This document shows, in pieces, positions 10,308 through 20,495 of a DNA stretch of 64,000 bases; position 1 is the first letter of the stretch; each line of letters begins with the position of its first letter. A program made the position numbers and the translations under genes. The notes beneath the pieces are model-generated. The model ran no database searches, was not told where the DNA came from, and saw only the letters and a program-made list of their open reading frames with translations. The stretch covers positions 2,748 through 66,747 of the forward strand of contig JAYSLY010000014.1 in NCBI GenBank assembly GCA_043725085.1, in the 5' to 3' direction. The stretch comes from a bacterium. GTDB taxonomy: Bacteria > Patescibacteriota > Minisyncoccia > Moranbacterales > UBA2206.

Positions 10308-11243
10308 CTATTGTTTTTTACGACTTTTCAAATACATCGGAAAAGCAACAAAACTGAGAAGCATCTGGAGAAATCGCCCCAAGATTGCAGCAACAATAAT
10401 GGGAGCGCTGCTTACTCCGAAAAAACCAAAAAAGGTCACGTAGGCCCATTCCTTGAGACCGATGTTATTGACTGTAACAGGAATTGCCGAAACAATTGTA
10501 ATAAGAAAAATAACCGACAGATAATTAAGAAAACTAATTTGCACACCAAGCGCTTTCAAAAGCACTAAATTTGCCATCGCCATTCCCACCATCGCAAACA
10601 AACCACCCCAAGCAATTGATTTCCACAACACACCATGATCTTGATTGTAGGCTTGCAGCTCACGAAAAAAATGACGGATTTTTTCAGGCAAAAATCTTGC
10701 GGATAGTTTTTGCAAAAAAGCAAAATTCCTGATTTTCATAATTAACAAATCCACCACCAAAAATCCGACAATCGCCAGATTAAAAAGCACTAAAACTTTG
10801 TTTTCTGCGACAACTTTCCAATTCAAAAGACTAAAAAACAAGGCCAAAATCGTAGCAGCAACAAGACCAGTCAGTCGATCCATCACCACAGTCGAAGCAG
10901 CCTCGGGATATTTTTTTTCCGGTCGGCCGATTTGATAGGCGCGATACGTGTCTCCACCAATAAAAGACGGCATAAAATTATTTACAAAAGAACCAGTCAG
11001 ATAAAACTTAAAAAAGTCCCCAAATGGACTATGAATTTTTTTGTGATTAGCCAGGATCTTCCACTTATACGACGAAATGAGCATACCAACAACTACCAAA
11101 GCCAGGTACAATACTATTTGCCAAATTTGCACACGCACAAGATAGGTCCAGGCTTCATGCCAATTAATCTTGAGAATTACCCAAGTCAAAAGTCCAAGAC
11201 TAACTAATAATTTTAGAACAAACTTTGCTATTTTTTTTGGCAT
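10308..11243 (-). CDS. Lysylphosphatidylglycerol-synthase-TM family flippase-like membrane protein
   Basis: NNFMPSFIGGD, DRL, PVTVNNIGLKE. Confidence 0.8.
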   Translation of the reverse strand: MPKKIAKFVLKLLVSLGLLTWVILKINWHEAWTYLVRVQIWQIVLYLALVVVGMLISSYKWKILANHKKIHSPFGDFFKFYLTGSFVNNFMPSFIGGDTYRAYQIGRPEKKYPEAASTVVMDRLTGLVAATILALFFSLLNWKVVAENKVLVLFNLAIVGFLVVDLLIMKIRNFAFLQKLSARFLPEKIRHFFRELQAYNQDHGVLWKSIAWGGLFAMVGMAMANLVLLKALGVQISFLNYLSVIFLITIVSAIPVTVNNIGLKEWAYVTFFGFFGVSSAPIIVAAILGRFLQMLLSFVAFPMYLKSRKKQ

Positions 11244-12418
11244 TATTTCTTTTTACTAATTTGTCTATACACTTCCGCATATTTCTGCGCTACATTTTCC
11301 CAGCTCATTTTCTCTGCAATTTTTCGACTTTCAATACCCATACTCTTAGTTAGCGCAGGGTCGTTGATTAATTTTTCCAGTTTTTCAGCGATATCTCCAC
11401 TGTCTTTAAATTTAACGATATAGCCATTCACACCCTCATCGATAAGCTCATCAGCTCCGCCAGTCGGAGTCATAATAATCGGCATTCCGCTAGCCATTGC
11501 TTCTAGCATATTATTACTCATTCCTTCATTGTCAGAAGGTAAAACAAAAACATCCGAAGCGCGATGATGAATCACAAACTCCGTGTTAGGCGTGACCAGA
11601 CCAGTGAAGTGGACTAAATTTTCAAGTCCAAGTTTTTTAACTTGCTCTTTCAATTCTCCCTCGGCATTGCCCTCTCCGCCAGCAATAGTCAAGCGAAGAC
11701 TGGGATACTTTTTATAAATTTTAGCAAAAGCATCAATTACATAATTAAACCCCTTTCTCCGAGAAAGCCGAGAAGCACAAAGAATCGTGAAATTTTCGTG
11801 CAATGTCGGATTCTCCAGTGGCTTAAAAATATCAGTGTAAACTCCGTTATAGATAACTCCGATTTCTTGGTGTCGGCTACTCTTCAGTGCAAGCTTTTTA
11901 ATCACAAGGCTATTAGCAATCACAGCGGCAGCCATTTTCCAGATAAACACAATCGGCCATTTAAGAATATAATAAATCCAAGTAAAACGTTCGCTATACC
12001 AAGGAACATCGGAGCCACGAAGAGAAATAATATAGGGCAAGCCAAATTCAAATCTGAGTAGCATCGACACAAATCCACAAGGCACCGTAAAAAAAGAATG
12101 TGTCAAATTATATGGCTTTTTTTCTAAGCTTGCCTTTTTGATTAATTTTCTTGCAAATATGAAGGCTTTCCAAGAATACACAATTAAATCTTTTTGCGAT
12201 TGATACATCGCATTTTCACTATTTTTCCCAATCGGCAAAAGATGAACACGAATATTTTCACTGATTTTATATAGATGATATTCGCTATTAAAAGAAGAAC
12301 TAACGAAATCAACTTCCAAACCGGAAAGTTTAGCATATTCTTTTAATATGCTCTTGGACGCATTCGCCGCTCCCCCGCCCAAAGGCGGATACTCATAGTT
12401 GAAAAATAATATTTTCAT
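11243..12418 (-). CDS. Glycosyltransferase family 4
   Basis: EYPPLGGG, EGMSNNMLEAMASG. Confidence 0.9.
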   Translation of the reverse strand: MKILFFNYEYPPLGGGAANASKSILKEYAKLSGLEVDFVSSSFNSEYHLYKISENIRVHLLPIGKNSENAMYQSQKDLIVYSWKAFIFARKLIKKASLEKKPYNLTHSFFTVPCGFVSMLLRFEFGLPYIISLRGSDVPWYSERFTWIYYILKWPIVFIWKMAAAVIANSLVIKKLALKSSRHQEIGVIYNGVYTDIFKPLENPTLHENFTILCASRLSRRKGFNYVIDAFAKIYKKYPSLRLTIAGGEGNAEGELKEQVKKLGLENLVHFTGLVTPNTEFVIHHRASDVFVLPSDNEGMSNNMLEAMASGMPIIMTPTGGADELIDEGVNGYIVKFKDSGDIAEKLEKLINDPALTKSMGIESRKIAEKMSWENVAQKYAEVYRQISKKK

Positions 12419-12427
12419 AAATTGAGA

Positions 12428-13762
12428 TTACAAAGAAGCGCGACCGATTGAATGATATTCGAAGCCCTGTTCTTTCATTTTCTTTGGATCATACAGAAGG
12501 CGTCCATCAAAAACCACGGGTTGTTTTAGGCGTTTTTTTATCTCATCAAAATCAACACTGCGAAATTCTTTCCACTCCGTGATGATGAGCAGCGCATCAG
12601 AATGATCAATTGCATCATATTTACTTTCAAAATAAGCAATGTTTTCATTGTCGCCAAAATATTGAGGAGTTTTGGCCATATTCATTGCCTCCGGATCATG
12701 CGCTTGGATTTTTGCCCCGCGCGCGATAAGATCGTTGATAATCGTTATAGCAGCGGATTCGCGCATATCGTCAGTTCCCGCCTTGAACGCCAAACCCCAA
12801 ACAGAAAACGTCTTGCCTTTCAGATCCTCGCCAAATTTGTCGACTACCATGTTGCTGAGAACGTGTTTTTGTTTTTCGTTCGTCGCAAGAGTTTGTCGAA
12901 ACATTTCCGCATCATAGTTGTAATCTTTGGCAATTTTCACCAGTGCTTTGACGTCTTTCGGAAAGCAACTACCTCCAAATCCCACTGAAGCATAGATAAA
13001 CGCTTCACCGATTCTTGGATCGGCACCAATCGCTTTTCTGATGTGATCAAAGTCTGCCCCGACACGAGCACAGATATTAGCCAGCTCATTACTAAGTGAA
13101 ACTTTAGCCGCCAAAAAACTATTGGCCGCATATTTGACAGTCTCGGCTGTTTTGGGGTCCATGGCAAAAAAACGGCTTTCTCTGCGCATAAATGGCCCAT
13201 ACAATTCTCGCATTGTTTCAATTACAACCGGGTCATCTGCCCCAATGACCACTCGGCTAGGCTCCATAAAATCCTTAACAGCTGTTCCTTGAGCCAAAAA
13301 TTCCGGATTACTGACAACGTGAAAAGGAATATCAGATCCACGCTTTGCTTGCTCTTCAGCAATTGTTTTTCTAACTAACTCAGCAGTGCCAACAGGCACG
13401 GTTGATTTGTCCACCACAATCAATGGATGGTCGATTATTTGCCCGATTGAACGAGCCACGTCGAGCACATGGGTGAGATCAGCGCTACCATCTTCATTGG
13501 GCGGAGTCCCAACAGCAATAAAAAGAATGTTGCTAGCCTTTAGGGCTTCCTCAAAATTAGTGGTGAAACGCAAAGTCTTCGCCTTGAGATTTTCCCTAAC
13601 CAATTCATCCAAATCATCCTCATGCAACGGCACATTACCGGAACTAAACTGATCAATTTTTTTCTGATCCTTGTCAACACAAATAACTGTATTGCCCATC
13701 TCAGCAAAACACGCTCCCGTAACCGAACCAACATAACCTGTTCCAATGACTGCGATCTTCAT
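12428..13762 (-). CDS. ugd: UDP-glucose 6-dehydrogenase
   Basis: GTGYVG, KSTVPVGT, NPEFL, GFGGSCFPKD. Confidence 0.93.
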   Translation of the reverse strand: MKIAVIGTGYVGSVTGACFAEMGNTVICVDKDQKKIDQFSSGNVPLHEDDLDELVRENLKAKTLRFTTNFEEALKASNILFIAVGTPPNEDGSADLTHVLDVARSIGQIIDHPLIVVDKSTVPVGTAELVRKTIAEEQAKRGSDIPFHVVSNPEFLAQGTAVKDFMEPSRVVIGADDPVVIETMRELYGPFMRRESRFFAMDPKTAETVKYAANSFLAAKVSLSNELANICARVGADFDHIRKAIGADPRIGEAFIYASVGFGGSCFPKDVKALVKIAKDYNYDAEMFRQTLATNEKQKHVLSNMVVDKFGEDLKGKTFSVWGLAFKAGTDDMRESAAITIINDLIARGAKIQAHDPEAMNMAKTPQYFGDNENIAYFESKYDAIDHSDALLIITEWKEFRSVDFDEIKKRLKQPVVFDGRLLYDPKKMKEQGFEYHSIGRASL

Positions 13763-13830
13763 GGTTTCTCTACGAATTACAAATTTGTACGAATGTACGA
13801 ATCCGCACTCGCCTAATTAATAAATTATTT

Positions 13831-14769
13831 TTAGCTTTCAATTATTTCTTTAATCGAATAATTCATATGTCCTTGGCTCTTGTAGTAATTCTTAATAAGG
13901 ATATCGGCGAGAAGTCCGAAAATGAAAAGTTGGATTCCAACGAGCACTAAAAATATTCCAACGAGTGGCCAGATCCTGTCTGAAAGCGAAGCATGAAAGA
14001 AGATCTTATCAATCATCATCCAAACTAAGATTAAAAACCCGACAAAAGACAAGACGATTCCACTGCCGCCAAAAAGATGAAGCGGCCGATTGGCATATTT
14101 GCGCCAAAACCAAATCGAAATCATATCTACAAAACCTTTCATGCCACGACGCCAGTTATATTTTGTTATGCCGTGCACACGAGGATGATGAGATACCTTC
14201 ACTTCTCCAACCCTATAACCCTGCATTTCCAAAATTGCCGGAATGAAACGATGCATCTCACCAAACAAGTCAACATCCTTAAAGCATTCTCGCTTATACG
14301 CCTTAAGACTACAGCCGCTATCATGAATTTTATCTTGAATTAAAATCTTGCGCAAAAAATTCGCCGCGCGCGAAAAAACTTTTTTGGAGAAACTATCTTT
14401 TCTTTGCCAACGCCAACCAGCTACCACGTCATAACCCTTATCCATCTCTTCCAAAAGCAAAGGAATATCAGCCGGGTCATTTTGCAAATCGCCATCCATC
14501 ATAATAATAACCTCGCCCGAAGACGCTTTAATGCCAGCATCAAAAGCAGCGGTTTGACCGAAATTTTTGCGAAATTTAATCAGCCGCAATGGCGTCAAGC
14601 CCTTGCATTCCTCAACTGTTGCATCCTGAGAACCATCATCAATAAAAATAATTTCATAATTCTTGCCCAACTCTGTGCAAGCCGCTTTGATTCGCCTGTG
14701 CATCTCAATAACATTTCCGGCTTCATTTTTGAGCGGAATAATGACAGAAAGGTCTTTTTTTTCTTCCAT
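13831..14769 (-). CDS. Glycosyltransferase family 2 (ArnC/GtrB-like polyprenol-phosphate GT)
   Basis: DDGSQD, NFGQ, DGDLQNDP, two C-terminal TMs. Confidence 0.88.
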   Translation of the reverse strand: MEEKKDLSVIIPLKNEAGNVIEMHRRIKAACTELGKNYEIIFIDDGSQDATVEECKGLTPLRLIKFRKNFGQTAAFDAGIKASSGEVIIMMDGDLQNDPADIPLLLEEMDKGYDVVAGWRWQRKDSFSKKVFSRAANFLRKILIQDKIHDSGCSLKAYKRECFKDVDLFGEMHRFIPAILEMQGYRVGEVKVSHHPRVHGITKYNWRRGMKGFVDMISIWFWRKYANRPLHLFGGSGIVLSFVGFLILVWMMIDKIFFHASLSDRIWPLVGIFLVLVGIQLFIFGLLADILIKNYYKSQGHMNYSIKEIIES

Positions 14770-14792
14770 AAACCAAATTGGTTAATATTTAG

Positions 14793-15164
14793 TTAATTCT
14801 TAGCCATTATAGCACTCTCTTTTTCGTCATGCAATTCATAAAAAGCCAGCACGGCTGTAAAAATCATAAGATAATAGGCCCAAATTGCGCTTGTTTCGGC
14901 CCAACTGTCTTGCTTGATTGCAAGCAAAATTGCTGTCGCGACGAGAAAAACAATGGCACCGATTGCGGAAAAGCGACTTGCAATCGGATGAATAATCAAT
15001 ATAATGAACAGAATAAAAAATACGAAATTAGCAGTTTCCCATTGGAAATACCAGCCCAAAAAAAATGCCGCCAAAAGCACAAAAACTTCAAGCATTTTTC
15101 CTCCCAGGGTTTTTTGTGAAAATTCTTTAAGCATATTTTGCAATATTAGCATTTTATTCATCAA
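14793..15164 (-). CDS. Small multi-pass membrane protein
   Basis: Several hydrophobic helices; in operon orientation. Confidence 0.6.
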   Translation of the reverse strand: MMNKMLILQNMLKEFSQKTLGGKMLEVFVLLAAFFLGWYFQWETANFVFFILFIILIIHPIASRFSAIGAIVFLVATAILLAIKQDSWAETSAIWAYYLMIFTAVLAFYELHDEKESAIMAKN

Positions 15165-15173
15165 AACAAATAT

Positions 15174-16844
15174 CTATTTGATCCTCAAATCTGCGGTGAT
15201 TTGTAAATTTTTTAGCGAGAAAGAGCGACCCTTACTAGTATCATTTGGATCATAGGTAATCTTGAAATAAACCGTTCGGACATCTTTTGTCGGAACGATA
15301 TCCGCATTAAAGACTTGCGCGGTTTCCTGTGTTGCCACATCACTTTGACCACTGGAGTTATCAGCAGAATTGTTATTATCACTATTATTGTCAGAATTGC
15401 CACTATCCGCGCCGCTTGATTGATCGAGAGGCAAGCTACCAATAGCATTACTAACAGCTTCTGATTTTTCCGAGAAAGGCAAATCAACCCAGCTGTTTTG
15501 ATCGAAAGAATAGCTCACTTTGACATTTTTCCAGCCTGCCTTGAGTTGCTTGGCGGAAAAATTCATCTTGCTAATGGGATAGAGAGTGTTAACGTCATAG
15601 CTAAAACTTGCATTATTGAGAGCCGGGGCATAGATAGCCTTATCACCATCACTAAACGCTGTCCCGAGAGAGGCGGTTTCCAGATCAAACAGATCAATAA
15701 ATTTCCCATTGGTAGCATAGGAATATTTGCCGATTCCCTTGCCTAAATCCTCAATCTTGGCACCATTCAAAATTCTCACCCCGTTTTCCAAAGAAAGATC
15801 TGCCCCATAAATCTTAAAATATAAATCGCCATCAATCGGATAGAGCTCCTTGCCTTTTCTCATCACAGCTGAACCGTCGGGATAGCTGCTATCGTCCTTG
15901 CCTCCCTTGAATTCCAAATAATTTTGATCACTGACTTCCACTTTCGAGTTATCAATACTAATAAGATAATATTTATCTTTTTGAAGCGCGCCATACATCG
16001 GGAAAAGAAATGTGCCATCAATCTGACGATATTTTTCAATACCACTAATCGAAAAAGGGCTGTCAGCAATCACCGGACCATTTAGGGAAACTTTTTCTCC
16101 ATCATAATTAACTTCTCGCAAACTTAAATCATATTGTCGATTGCCGGGATTGAGATTTTTGTTTATATCAATCTTAAGCGCTACACCGGAAATAATATCG
16201 TCTTTCGCTTGAAAAACTTGCCCAAGCATAGTTTTTGCTTCTTTAAGCCAGGGGAAAGAGTAATCGGAAACCGACTGACTAATTTTGACCGTATCTATAT
16301 TCGTCTCGCCTATGACAGTTTTTTTCATTGACGCCAGCTCAGCTTGGCTGGTAATATTGAGCTTAGTGATGCTTTCCATTTCAATAAAAGTGTTTCCCGC
16401 CGAATTGAGATTTTCTTTTTGAAACAGCAAACTATCGAAACCATCCGGCAAAAAGAAAAAGGCTTCTTGTTTTTGAAATTGAGCCGAAGGGCTAAGCACC
16501 AGTTCTTCAATTTGATTTTCTTTTTCGGTGTACGTGCTCAACTTTAACAATACTTTTTCCGCCTGATCCGATTTTGCGCGAAAAGTTAGGCGATAATAAC
16601 CGGATTCTTGATTTTTGAATAAATCGTCAACATAGTAATAGCCAGTATCTTGTGATAGTTGCGGTTTTTCCGGCGAGCTGGTTAAGCATTTTCCATTAGC
16701 ACATGATTCAGCGGTTTTTTTGTAATTGGCGTAAAGCGCATAATTAACCAGCAGGGCTAAAAATAAAAAAGCCAGCGCAAAAAAGCTGCGTTTTTCTTTT
16801 TTCACAAAGCTCAAGGTTTTTTGATAATTCCAGTTTTTCATCAT
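15174..16844 (-). CDS. Membrane-anchored extracellular protein of unknown function
   Basis: N-terminal TM, beta-rich body, Ser/Asn/Asp-rich insert near the C-terminus. Confidence 0.65.
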   Translation of the reverse strand: MMKNWNYQKTLSFVKKEKRSFFALAFLFLALLVNYALYANYKKTAESCANGKCLTSSPEKPQLSQDTGYYYVDDLFKNQESGYYRLTFRAKSDQAEKVLLKLSTYTEKENQIEELVLSPSAQFQKQEAFFFLPDGFDSLLFQKENLNSAGNTFIEMESITKLNITSQAELASMKKTVIGETNIDTVKISQSVSDYSFPWLKEAKTMLGQVFQAKDDIISGVALKIDINKNLNPGNRQYDLSLREVNYDGEKVSLNGPVIADSPFSISGIEKYRQIDGTFLFPMYGALQKDKYYLISIDNSKVEVSDQNYLEFKGGKDDSSYPDGSAVMRKGKELYPIDGDLYFKIYGADLSLENGVRILNGAKIEDLGKGIGKYSYATNGKFIDLFDLETASLGTAFSDGDKAIYAPALNNASFSYDVNTLYPISKMNFSAKQLKAGWKNVKVSYSFDQNSWVDLPFSEKSEAVSNAIGSLPLDQSSGADSGNSDNNSDNNNSADNSSGQSDVATQETAQVFNADIVPTKDVRTVYFKITYDPNDTSKGRSFSLKNLQITADLRIK

Positions 16845-16904
16845 GTTCTAATATTCTCCAGCTTTATTATAATAGCCTAATTATACCCAAAAAACAAGCG
16901 AACT

Positions 16905-18683
16905 TTACCCTCCAAATGCATCACGCCAGATTGTTTGCTGAGGTATGCGGATATATTCAAAACTGTCAGGCAACTTCGGCACATCAATGTCTGTTACCCT
17001 GTCTGTCCTGGGAGTTAACTCATACAGAGTAATTGTTCCAAAGTCCTTCTTGCTTAAAATTTCATAATCTTGTAAATATGCCTTCAAGCCACCAACTCTT
17101 CTTGTTCTAAATATTGCAAAATTATTGGCATGCAGAAAAACCTTGCCTTTCTCGAGCGGACCGGAAGGAGCACCCATTTTTTCCGTTAGATACATAAATG
17201 AACGAAAATACAATAACTCACTATCCATAAGAACGGGGTAATGGTTTTCTTGATAACTATTAGCCATTGCTCGGGATACGGCTTCGAATTGCCTTAATGA
17301 AACTCGCTCCGGTTCTTTTAGGATGCGATCAGAATGAACAGGAATCAATTTTTCACCGGCACCTGCTAAATCCGAAAATCTTTGCAAAATTCTCGAAAAA
17401 TTAGTATAAGAGAACAAAAGGATGATGCATAAAAAAATAATCTTAGCAATAAGTGAATTTTTTTGCCAAATAAATTCTATGATATTCCCCAGAAAAAAGA
17501 ACGGGAGCGGAGCAACCAAAAGATAGAAGCGCGGCTCAAGAGAAATCCGCGTAAAAATCAAAAATGTCACCAGAAAGAATAGCCCGATAATAATTATTGT
17601 TTTTTTTCTTTTAACCATCTGCCAAATAAGCAGAAGCACCCCAAAAAGAAAAAACCCGATTGCCGAATATGACAACCAATGACTAGTTTTTTTGCAAGAA
17701 TTTTTGCAAGAAACATCAATCCAACCGTCCTTAAATCTTATCTCCGGCGTCCAAATCCGATCATTGCCGCTTAGAATCATGGCGTAGCTTTCTGCGCCGG
17801 AACGAACGGTGTTAATCGTTTTTACTGAAAATGAATCCGTATGCTCCGTCTTTGTCGCAAATGCTTGGACAAATTGCCTTGTATTAAATCCCTTCATTAC
17901 CACATCACTGACTACCACCGGAATGTAAAACATCACAACAATACCAACACTCGCTAGCCAAACTTTCCAAGAAAACTTTGGACGCATATATAGAAGATAT
18001 GCCACTAGAAAAATTGGCAAAGCGAAGAAAGCAACAAAGTGAAGCTGTGTCGCTATGCAAAAAAGAATCATGCAAATAACAAACCATCGGCCCGGATGCT
18101 TTGTTTTTTTCTCAGTTGCACGCAACAGACAATAAATTCCCACTATCACAAAAAATGGCAAAAGATTTGGATTCCAGCCAAAGCGAGAATAGATTACCAT
18201 GAAAAAACTGATTGAATACAGATAGGCCAGACCAAGCGAGATTGTAGTGTTAAAAAATTTTTTTGAAAGCATATATAGACCCAGAACTGATGCAATCGAA
18301 AAAATCGCTACAAAATAGGCATGCCCCTGGGGCGTATCGCCAAAAACAAAGGCGCTAACATACTCAAAATAATAATATATCGGCCCGACACGCAACTGGG
18401 TGCCGTCCGCCCGAGGACCCATCATCGGCAGACTACCCAGCCCTTTTTTCAATGCTTCGGAAACCAAAATATTGTCCCGCGACTGATCAAATTCATAGTG
18501 TAACCAATCTGCAAAATGGAAGAGTCTGAGCCACGCAGAAAGCAGAATAATTACTACAATAATCCATACATGCCAATACTGCCTATTGAACAATGTTTTT
18601 AATTTAAGATTCTTTCCACCAAATTTTTGACGACAGTCTGCGACAAACCCATTCAATCCGGTTAGTAAATTTTGTTTTTTCAT
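16905..18683 (-). CDS. GT-C (ArnT/PMT-like) glycosyltransferase
   Basis: LRL..FDQSRD, GPIYYY, SRFGWNPN, QLH; many TMs. Confidence 0.8.
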   Translation of the reverse strand: MKKQNLLTGLNGFVADCRQKFGGKNLKLKTLFNRQYWHVWIIVVIILLSAWLRLFHFADWLHYEFDQSRDNILVSEALKKGLGSLPMMGPRADGTQLRVGPIYYYFEYVSAFVFGDTPQGHAYFVAIFSIASVLGLYMLSKKFFNTTISLGLAYLYSISFFMVIYSRFGWNPNLLPFFVIVGIYCLLRATEKKTKHPGRWFVICMILFCIATQLHFVAFFALPIFLVAYLLYMRPKFSWKVWLASVGIVVMFYIPVVVSDVVMKGFNTRQFVQAFATKTEHTDSFSVKTINTVRSGAESYAMILSGNDRIWTPEIRFKDGWIDVSCKNSCKKTSHWLSYSAIGFFLFGVLLLIWQMVKRKKTIIIIGLFFLVTFLIFTRISLEPRFYLLVAPLPFFFLGNIIEFIWQKNSLIAKIIFLCIILLFSYTNFSRILQRFSDLAGAGEKLIPVHSDRILKEPERVSLRQFEAVSRAMANSYQENHYPVLMDSELLYFRSFMYLTEKMGAPSGPLEKGKVFLHANNFAIFRTRRVGGLKAYLQDYEILSKKDFGTITLYELTPRTDRVTDIDVPKLPDSFEYIRIPQQTIWRDAFGG

Positions 18684-18709
18684 ATATACACCTTACGTTT
18701 TATTATTAC

Positions 18710-20485
18710 TCAAATACCCAAATTCCCTGTCCGTATTTTGCTAAGCGCATCGCCCCAGGTAATCTGAAAAGGCACCGCTATATACCGAAAACTATCCACC
18801 AACGGAGGAACTTCAACTGCTGAACTTTTTGGCGCTTTTGGACTGAGCTCAAATAAGCTAAGCGTCCCAAATTCCTTCTTATTGATAAGATCATAATTAT
18901 TTAGATAAGCATTTATATTCTTGGATCTTTTAGTCCGGAGAATAACAAACGGATTGGCATGAAGATAGACACTATTTTTATCAAGCGGACCGGAAGGAGC
19001 ACCCATTTTTTCCGTTAGATACATAAAAGAGCGAAAATAAATATTCTCGGCACTTATAAGTACGGGATAGCCATTTTCTTCGTACTTTCCTGCCATATAC
19101 CTAGAAATAGCTTGAAATTGCTTCAACGAGATACGTTCAGGTTCGTTAATTACTCGATCAGCCTCAACTGAAATCATTTTTTTATCAGCGTTACCTAATT
19201 CTGAGAACCGCTGAAGTACGCGAGATATGTTGGTGTAGGAAAAAATAATCACAAAACCGACCAGAATTATTTTTGCCACCAAGGCATTTCTTTGCCAGAT
19301 TAGCTCGATTATATTTCCAAGAAAAAAGAAAGGCATAAGGATAACCAAAAAATAGAAGTGCGACTCTATTGCACCGGAAATTTGAACAAACATAAGAAAC
19401 ACGATCAGAAAAAAAAGTCCGATAATGATAAATTGTTTTTTTCTCGCAAACATTCTCCAAATAAAAAGTAGCGCACCAAAAAGAAAAAAGCTCATAGCCG
19501 AATAGTTCACCCAGGGACTAGTTTTTTTGCAATGATTTTTACATGACAGACCAACCCAGCCTTTTTCGAATTTTATCCTTGGTGTCCAAATGCGATCGTT
19601 GCCACTCAAGATTAATGCATAATATTCTGATCCTGATCGCATCACAATAATGGACTTTTCTAAAATAGTCTCTTTTTGATCGGACTTCACCGAAAATGCT
19701 CTCACAAACTCTCGAAAATTATACCCATCAAGTGCGATATCATTTATTACTACGGGAATATAAAGCGCAATGATTATTAGAATACTGGCGCCCCAGGCTT
19801 TATAGGAAAATTTGGTTCGCTTGTAGAGAAGATAGCAAATGGTCAGCGCCGGTAAAGCAAAGAATGCGACAAAATGAACCTGAGTTGCCACGCCAAAGAG
19901 AAAAGCACAAGCCACAAACCATCTTCCAGGATATTTTGATTGCCCATCTGTTGCTCGCAAAAGACAATAAATTCCCGCTATCACAAAAAATGGCAACACG
20001 TTAGGATTCCAACCGTAACGCGAATGTATCACCACAAAAAAACTGATTGAATAAAGATACGTCAGAGAAAGCGAAATGGCTATATTAAAAAACCGATGCA
20101 AAAGCAGATAGAATATCAGGATTGATGCAATGGAAAGCAGGGGCACAAAGAAAGCATGTCCCTGTGGCGTATCGCTAAAAATAAGAGCGCTAAAATATTC
20201 CAGATAATAATAAGCCGGCCCAAGCCGCAGCTGCGTACCGGACGCCCTGGGGCCAAGCAACGGCAAGCTAGATGGCCCATGCTTAATCGCCTCTGCCACA
20301 AGAATATTGTCTCGTGACTCATCCGCTTCATAGTGAATCCAATCGGCAAAATGGTATAGCCTAAGCCATGCACCAAAAGAAATAACCAGAAAAAATAGGG
20401 CAAAAAAAAATATTTTTTTTCGACCTATTTTTTGAAAACTTTTTTCAATAAAATCAAATATTTTTTTAACCAATCCGTTTTGCAT
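18710..20485 (-). CDS. GT-C (ArnT/PMT-like) glycosyltransferase, tandem paralog
   Basis: ADESRD, GPAYYY, SRYGWNPN; colinear with 16905..18683; start placed at MQNG. Confidence 0.8.
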   Translation of the reverse strand: MQNGLVKKIFDFIEKSFQKIGRKKIFFFALFFLVISFGAWLRLYHFADWIHYEADESRDNILVAEAIKHGPSSLPLLGPRASGTQLRLGPAYYYLEYFSALIFSDTPQGHAFFVPLLSIASILIFYLLLHRFFNIAISLSLTYLYSISFFVVIHSRYGWNPNVLPFFVIAGIYCLLRATDGQSKYPGRWFVACAFLFGVATQVHFVAFFALPALTICYLLYKRTKFSYKAWGASILIIIALYIPVVINDIALDGYNFREFVRAFSVKSDQKETILEKSIIVMRSGSEYYALILSGNDRIWTPRIKFEKGWVGLSCKNHCKKTSPWVNYSAMSFFLFGALLFIWRMFARKKQFIIIGLFFLIVFLMFVQISGAIESHFYFLVILMPFFFLGNIIELIWQRNALVAKIILVGFVIIFSYTNISRVLQRFSELGNADKKMISVEADRVINEPERISLKQFQAISRYMAGKYEENGYPVLISAENIYFRSFMYLTEKMGAPSGPLDKNSVYLHANPFVILRTKRSKNINAYLNNYDLINKKEFGTLSLFELSPKAPKSSAVEVPPLVDSFRYIAVPFQITWGDALSKIRTGNLGI

Positions 20486-20495
20486 CTTCTCTTTT

